A stretch of DNA of 64,000 bases from a virus. Lineage: Duplodnaviria > Caudoviricetes. The stretch is taken from positions 1 to 64,000 of IMG/VR virus record IMGVR_UViG_3300021400_000056; one strand, given 5' to 3'. Positions 60,801 through 64,000 of this stretch are shown here, piece by piece. Position 1 is the stretch's first letter, and each line of letters opens with the position of its first letter. Both the position numbers and the translations under genes were made by a program. The notes beneath the pieces were generated by a model. That model had not been told where the DNA came from, did not search any database, and saw only the letters and a list, made by a program, of their open reading frames with translations.

Positions 60801-63088
60801 ACATTTGCTAGCTTCTGAGAGTCAACAAATGTTAAGGCAATAATCGAGAGTGTTAATATACCAATCGCGGCCGCAACTTTAAGAAGAATATTTGCCCTAA
60901 GGTCATTCTGGTATGTCTTAAGCGCTCCAGCGAGATTATTAAGAGACTTGTTAATTCCCTTAGGAATATTACTAATGTTCTTTACAAACTTGCTGACATC
61001 GCCAGATGCTTTCTTAAGGTTTCTAAAAAGTCCTGCAACCTGCATTACAAAATATAAAAGGACGCCTACTTTCGCGCCCTTAAGTGCTTTGTTAAAATCG
61101 ATTTTAGCAAGGCCTTCGAGAATTCCATCACCGAGTCCTTTTGTCGATTCTTTTGCCTTGTCTTTTAATTCAGCGGCATTGCCTAAGAATTTATCATACA
61201 GATCAGAAACGGATCCAAGTGCATTTCCAAGCTTTGAGTTTTCGGGAACTGCTTTAAAAATCTTATCAAATGCACTCTTAACTCTATCGCCAAGCTCATC
61301 TATGGACGGCAAATTCTCGATAAGACCTTTTGCTGAATCCCAAATATACTTGAATACATCTCCAATACTATTGAAACCGGAAAAATCTGGTGCTGAAATA
61401 TGCTCAGAGAAGAACTTACTAATAGACTCAAATGCCTGCCCGCCAAGCTCTTTAATTGTATTAAAAATCGGCGTAATAACCGACATTAATTTATTAAATG
61501 TGGTTTGCAAAATTCCGCTTTGCTTAATCCATTCAACAGTTCCGCTTATTACTCTCCCGATTGCACCGGTAATTGACAATATTACAGATATTACTTTCCC
61601 AAGCACAGTTTGAAGAGGGAAAATTAGTTTTGTAGCTAAGCCTAAAACTTTAGCAACTGCTCCAATGATCGTAAAAACACCTTTAAACGTGTCCTTGAGA
61701 TTCCCAGCCTCGGTTTTACCAAGCTTCATCCTCGCTGTGAATTTTTGGAAATCTAAGGACAACTTTTTCAATTTCAATGCCGTCATAGGCGGAAAGATTT
61801 CACGAAATGCTTCTTTTATAGGCTTAATTACACTAAGAAGTCCTTGAAAGGCGTTAGATATACCGTTTAATATATCGGTTCTTCCGCCCATATCCTTCCA
61901 ACCTTGAAGAAGGTTATTTCTAGCATCTGACATATCGCCAATAACTCCGCTAAGAACATTGTTAAGAGCTGTCCACATATCCTTTGCTTCTTCAAGATTA
62001 CCAAACAAGATCTCGAACGTCTGAGCCCATCCAGAACCGGCAGCTTCCTGAAGGGAGTCCATCATCTGAGTGAATGTCTTTACTTCTGTTGCCGCTTTTG
62101 AAGCCTGCACACCGAGTTCCATTATCTGCTTTACTTTTTCTTCGTCTTGGTAAATACCCATCAGCTGATCGTGATACGTCTGCTTTTCGGTTTCGTTCAT
62201 CTCCTCAACGTTTTTCGAGTAATTAGCTAATGTCTGAGTAAGAACTTCTGAAGTCATCCACTGATGGGCCAAAGAGTCATTAAAATTCACTACTGAGTCA
62301 AATGCGTTAGAAACTTTACCCTGCATATTTGTTGTCGTGGAAACGTACTTATCTCCTTCTTTAACTAACGTTCCCATGGCAACGGCAGTGTCGATGAGCT
62401 GCTGCTTGAACTCCTTGGTGCCCATATTTGCATTCTCGATTGACCTCCAGTCGAGCAGTTTTACCGAGCCTGACGACAACGCTTGCGAGAAGTTATACAT
62501 AGCTCTAGAGGCTTCTGCGGCACTTGCTCCCGATCGTGCGGCCTCGTTACTAATTCCCTTCATCGCATTAACTGCATCTTCTAATTTAACTCCGTTATTG
62601 GTAAATTTACCAATATTGCTGGTCATATCTTTGAATGAATAAATAGTTTTATCGGAATATGTATTTAAATCGTTTAAGTATTTATTGACTGTTTCGACAC
62701 TTTCGCCAGTGCTAGCCATAATCGTCTGAACAGATCCCATTTTGAGTTCATATTCAGCGAAACCATCTTTAACAGGCTTAACCGTAAACGAATCAACCAA
62801 CTTTTTACCGGCATTAACCGCGGAATTGGTAATGTTAGATAACGCAGTCATAGCGACTACTTCCATGGCCGAGAACTTCATCTGCACAGTTTCTGCCGCG
62901 CTTCCGAGTCCGCCAAGATTAAAACCCTTAGCCTTTGCGCTTATGTCGTCAATTCCTTTTGCGGCTCCATCAAGTTTAAGGCCCTGCTTTAATTTATCCA
63001 AAGTGCCTAAGCTTGTATTAACGCCTTGCTCGAATTGCCGGTTATCAAAACTTAGTTCTACAACCTTGGAATCAACCGCTTGACTCAT
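57860..63088 (-). CDS. Tail tape measure protein
   Basis: 1742 aa Ala/Gly-rich helical protein with tape-measure domain (LNTYSDKTIYSF...SQALSSG), hydrophobic central region and SPSKV/SPSRV motifs. Confidence 0.92.
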   Translation of the reverse strand: MSQAVDSKVVELSFDNRQFEQGVNTSLGTLDKLKQGLKLDGAAKGIDDISAKAKGFNLGGLGSAAETVQMKFSAMEVVAMTALSNITNSAVNAGKKLVDSFTVKPVKDGFAEYELKMGSVQTIMASTGESVETVNKYLNDLNTYSDKTIYSFKDMTSNIGKFTNNGVKLEDAVNAMKGISNEAARSGASAAEASRAMYNFSQALSSGSVKLLDWRSIENANMGTKEFKQQLIDTAVAMGTLVKEGDKYVSTTTNMQGKVSNAFDSVVNFNDSLAHQWMTSEVLTQTLANYSKNVEEMNETEKQTYHDQLMGIYQDEEKVKQIMELGVQASKAATEVKTFTQMMDSLQEAAGSGWAQTFEILFGNLEEAKDMWTALNNVLSGVIGDMSDARNNLLQGWKDMGGRTDILNGISNAFQGLLSVIKPIKEAFREIFPPMTALKLKKLSLDFQKFTARMKLGKTEAGNLKDTFKGVFTIIGAVAKVLGLATKLIFPLQTVLGKVISVILSITGAIGRVISGTVEWIKQSGILQTTFNKLMSVITPIFNTIKELGGQAFESISKFFSEHISAPDFSGFNSIGDVFKYIWDSAKGLIENLPSIDELGDRVKSAFDKIFKAVPENSKLGNALGSVSDLYDKFLGNAAELKDKAKESTKGLGDGILEGLAKIDFNKALKGAKVGVLLYFVMQVAGLFRNLKKASGDVSKFVKNISNIPKGINKSLNNLAGALKTYQNDLRANILLKVAAAIGILTLSIIALTFVDSQKLANVAVDLALIIGMIAILAAVIGKIVNAKAGGGEDSNPLVDMLDGFLSGLQKIIKKALSIISKAAAIALIAVAVGIIAGVVAKLASLEMDANKALQVTALMIGIGAFLYILVKKLNDCTKNLDAGTGVAIYAMAAAISKLASVAVLFSGMGMAEIGKGLLGVGALIGMFAILAKALNQSNIGKAASGIAVITVALILLVPVVLLLGQLSEVAMAGAVTIAFLGAAMAGIAALAGLVGDKFGAKALVGAAAMIVLAGAMGLLAPVLLLLGKTAETAMKGIVVIAAGLLTFVGVAALAGMVMPGMLLLCGALLSFGAACLMAGAGMVLLSHGLAGLLAVVGVVIAAVTAIFLGIGDLVSRLPELADKIITGIGNIFSFIGQAIVTYAPVVLDKILQLIGQLPGWLISQLPNIIAGIVSLFIQIMAAIGNLMLALPAFIGGLLQGIVQGVVQGVQSAAGPIGNALKGILMGFINLIVDGLGGLISKIPGTEWITEKLEGWRSGMAEKLKPEESKKIGQNYANGLTDGVKSGEKKFTGTVGKFGKTAEKTGKDMAKDGETYGKEFMHQTAKGVKDNSAEATGAVDDVLAQINDAAGSGEMNLDLGAMFEQNVAGADFSNVQSMITDNLGGALQNGVADIDLSASGVDLGAGLTEGTGEGITSNLGAATEPINNMGDMLPEQLRGLWQINSPSKVFADIGSGIPEGTAQGIQKTTPKVKTAMTKMAMDSLKAIQTVIPQFSRAGVTMGNGLAAGLRSASGAVRSAASGLASAARNGVSGVSMHSTGQNMGEGFVRGLDSKLSAIRAAGRRAAEAYKKEAEKYGKIKSPSRVMMKVGGYMGEGFIIGLRNKIKGIGEAGKESAKMAIESTKDGLQRAGAILNGDLDLDPTIKPVLDLTDIENGAGMINSLLPNGSIGLGLAVAGNAPGATYRMTNEDVVSAINGLRDDLINNPQTVNNYSMGNVSYDDGSNVATAVRSLIRAARTERRV

Positions 63089-63462
63089 ATCTTAGTTACC
63101 TCCTTCCACGCTTCCTCAGCTATTTTGTCAAATATAGGCTGAATAGCTGGATTAATATAATCTCTGCCTTCTACCCATCCTCCGGTCCCTGTGCCATGGC
63201 CGTATTGCAGGATAATGGCAATCGGCACTCCGTTATTAATATTCGAATTATGAAACTCGATTGACGATTTTGTTTCGCCAGGCACAACCTTGTAACTCCA
63301 CGAAGAAGCAGTCAGACCCGTAGATCTAGGTGTTGCTTGTGATAGCGCCTCAACTCCTTCCTGACCGTATCTCTCAAGAACTTTTAAATATTGCGGAGTT
63401 TTGTTTTTCATCAAATAGTTTCTAATTCGATCGTAGTTTCCGTGCTCTTTTAAGCGAAACAT
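63085..63462 (-). CDS. HK97 gp10-like tail component
   Basis: ATPRSTGLTASSW...LQYGHGT...GRDYINPA. Confidence 0.7.
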   Translation of the reverse strand: MFRLKEHGNYDRIRNYLMKNKTPQYLKVLERYGQEGVEALSQATPRSTGLTASSWSYKVVPGETKSSIEFHNSNINNGVPIAIILQYGHGTGTGGWVEGRDYINPAIQPIFDKIAEEAWKEVTKI

Positions 63463-63466
63463 ATCG

Positions 63467-63841
63467 TTATTCCTTATTTACTTTAATTTCCTCTAAAACA
63501 CCGTTTATAAACTTTGCCGATTCTTCGGAATTTGATATAAGTTCTGTCATAAGTACAGAATATGCTTCAGTCTCGATGAAAGATCTGGTGATTTCGTCTG
63601 ACTTCATAAACCGTCGCCCGTCCTCACTTTTCTTTCCATACGACCTAAGAACAATATCTTTTACCATCTTAATAAGTGCCGCTTTATCATCTTCTTCGAC
63701 ACATTTCCTTACGTATTCCGTTAAATTGCCATCTATACTTAACGCAAATTCAAGAGCCTCAACTCGGTTAAGATTGAATTCAAAGTTCTCGGTTCTCTCA
63801 TTGTCATTGTAGTCAACATATGTAATTCTCTTTGTAAGCAT
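63467..63841 (-). CDS. Putative tail assembly chaperone
   Basis: ITYVDYN...SYGKKSEDGRRFMKS; position upstream of the tape measure gene. Confidence 0.6.
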   Translation of the reverse strand: MLTKRITYVDYNDNERTENFEFNLNRVEALEFALSIDGNLTEYVRKCVEEDDKAALIKMVKDIVLRSYGKKSEDGRRFMKSDEITRSFIETEAYSVLMTELISNSEESAKFINGVLEEIKVNKE

Positions 63842-63850
63842 AGGTCCTCC

Positions 63851-64000
63851 TTATCCTCTACTATGAAGAGCTTTTCTCCTTGATGCATTAAGAGCGCTTC
63901 TCTGTTGAAGAGCGCTAAGTGTATTGCCCTTTTTAGGCGGGGTGTTCTTAATCGAACAAAGCCTAATAAGAGCTAGCAAACGGTTAAGATGCCACTTTTG
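63851..64000 (-). CDS. Partial tail-region protein (C-terminus only)
   Basis: ...WHLNRLLALIRLCSIKN...LNASRRKALHSRG*. Confidence 0.55.
   Translation of the reverse strand, partial: QKWHLNRLLALIRLCSIKNTPPKKGNTLSALQQRSALNASRRKALHSRG

Noticed and set aside
7313-63088. Alternative genetic code, introns or inteins
   Set aside because: Long genes are uninterrupted in the standard code; no intein or intron signatures noticed.
2647-63812. Numerous + strand ORFs in the six-frame track (e.g. 2647-3129, 6171-6731, 16642-17163, 60948-61613)
   Set aside because: Antisense shadows of long - strand genes with no RBS or motifs; the integrase is the only credible + strand gene.

Overview
The whole window reads as part of a temperate siphovirus genome, probably from a Clostridia/Bacillota host (GGAGG-type RBSs, Gram-positive GH25 lysin with a peptidoglycan-binding domain). 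No host genes are visible. The integrase/attP-like region has phage genes on both sides, so this looks like a free or circularly permuted genome; the head module lies outside the window. Nearly every gene is on the - strand. From left to right: packaging genes (head-tail adaptor, HNH, probable small terminase) and a GC-rich putative genome end; a DFDGD-type single-chain RNA polymerase; a replication module (Cas4-like nuclease, VRR-NUC, SNF2 helicase, SSB, fused helicase-primase-PolB, AT-rich origin); a ~32 kb accessory region; the integrase; and the tail module (fibre, very large Fn3 protein, tape measure). The main discovery is at 20.2-23.2 kb. A stand-alone Cas7/RAMP-like gene (20608-21222) is accompanied by three non-coding arrays with strict 5-nt periodicity (GY-NNN on the coding strand), which phase-shifting hexamers cut into units of mostly 26-41 nt. 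This is a candidate non-CRISPR RNA-guided system, VIPR-like but with a GY/NNN rather than GGY/NN code. The accessory region also holds about 25 copies of a phage-specific promoter (TCGTA-N~16-TAAT[A/G]) driving promoter-gene-terminator mini-cassettes. These encode tiny membrane peptides, a degenerate tRNA-Asn and three structured ncRNAs. All calls come from motifs read by eye; no database searches were run.
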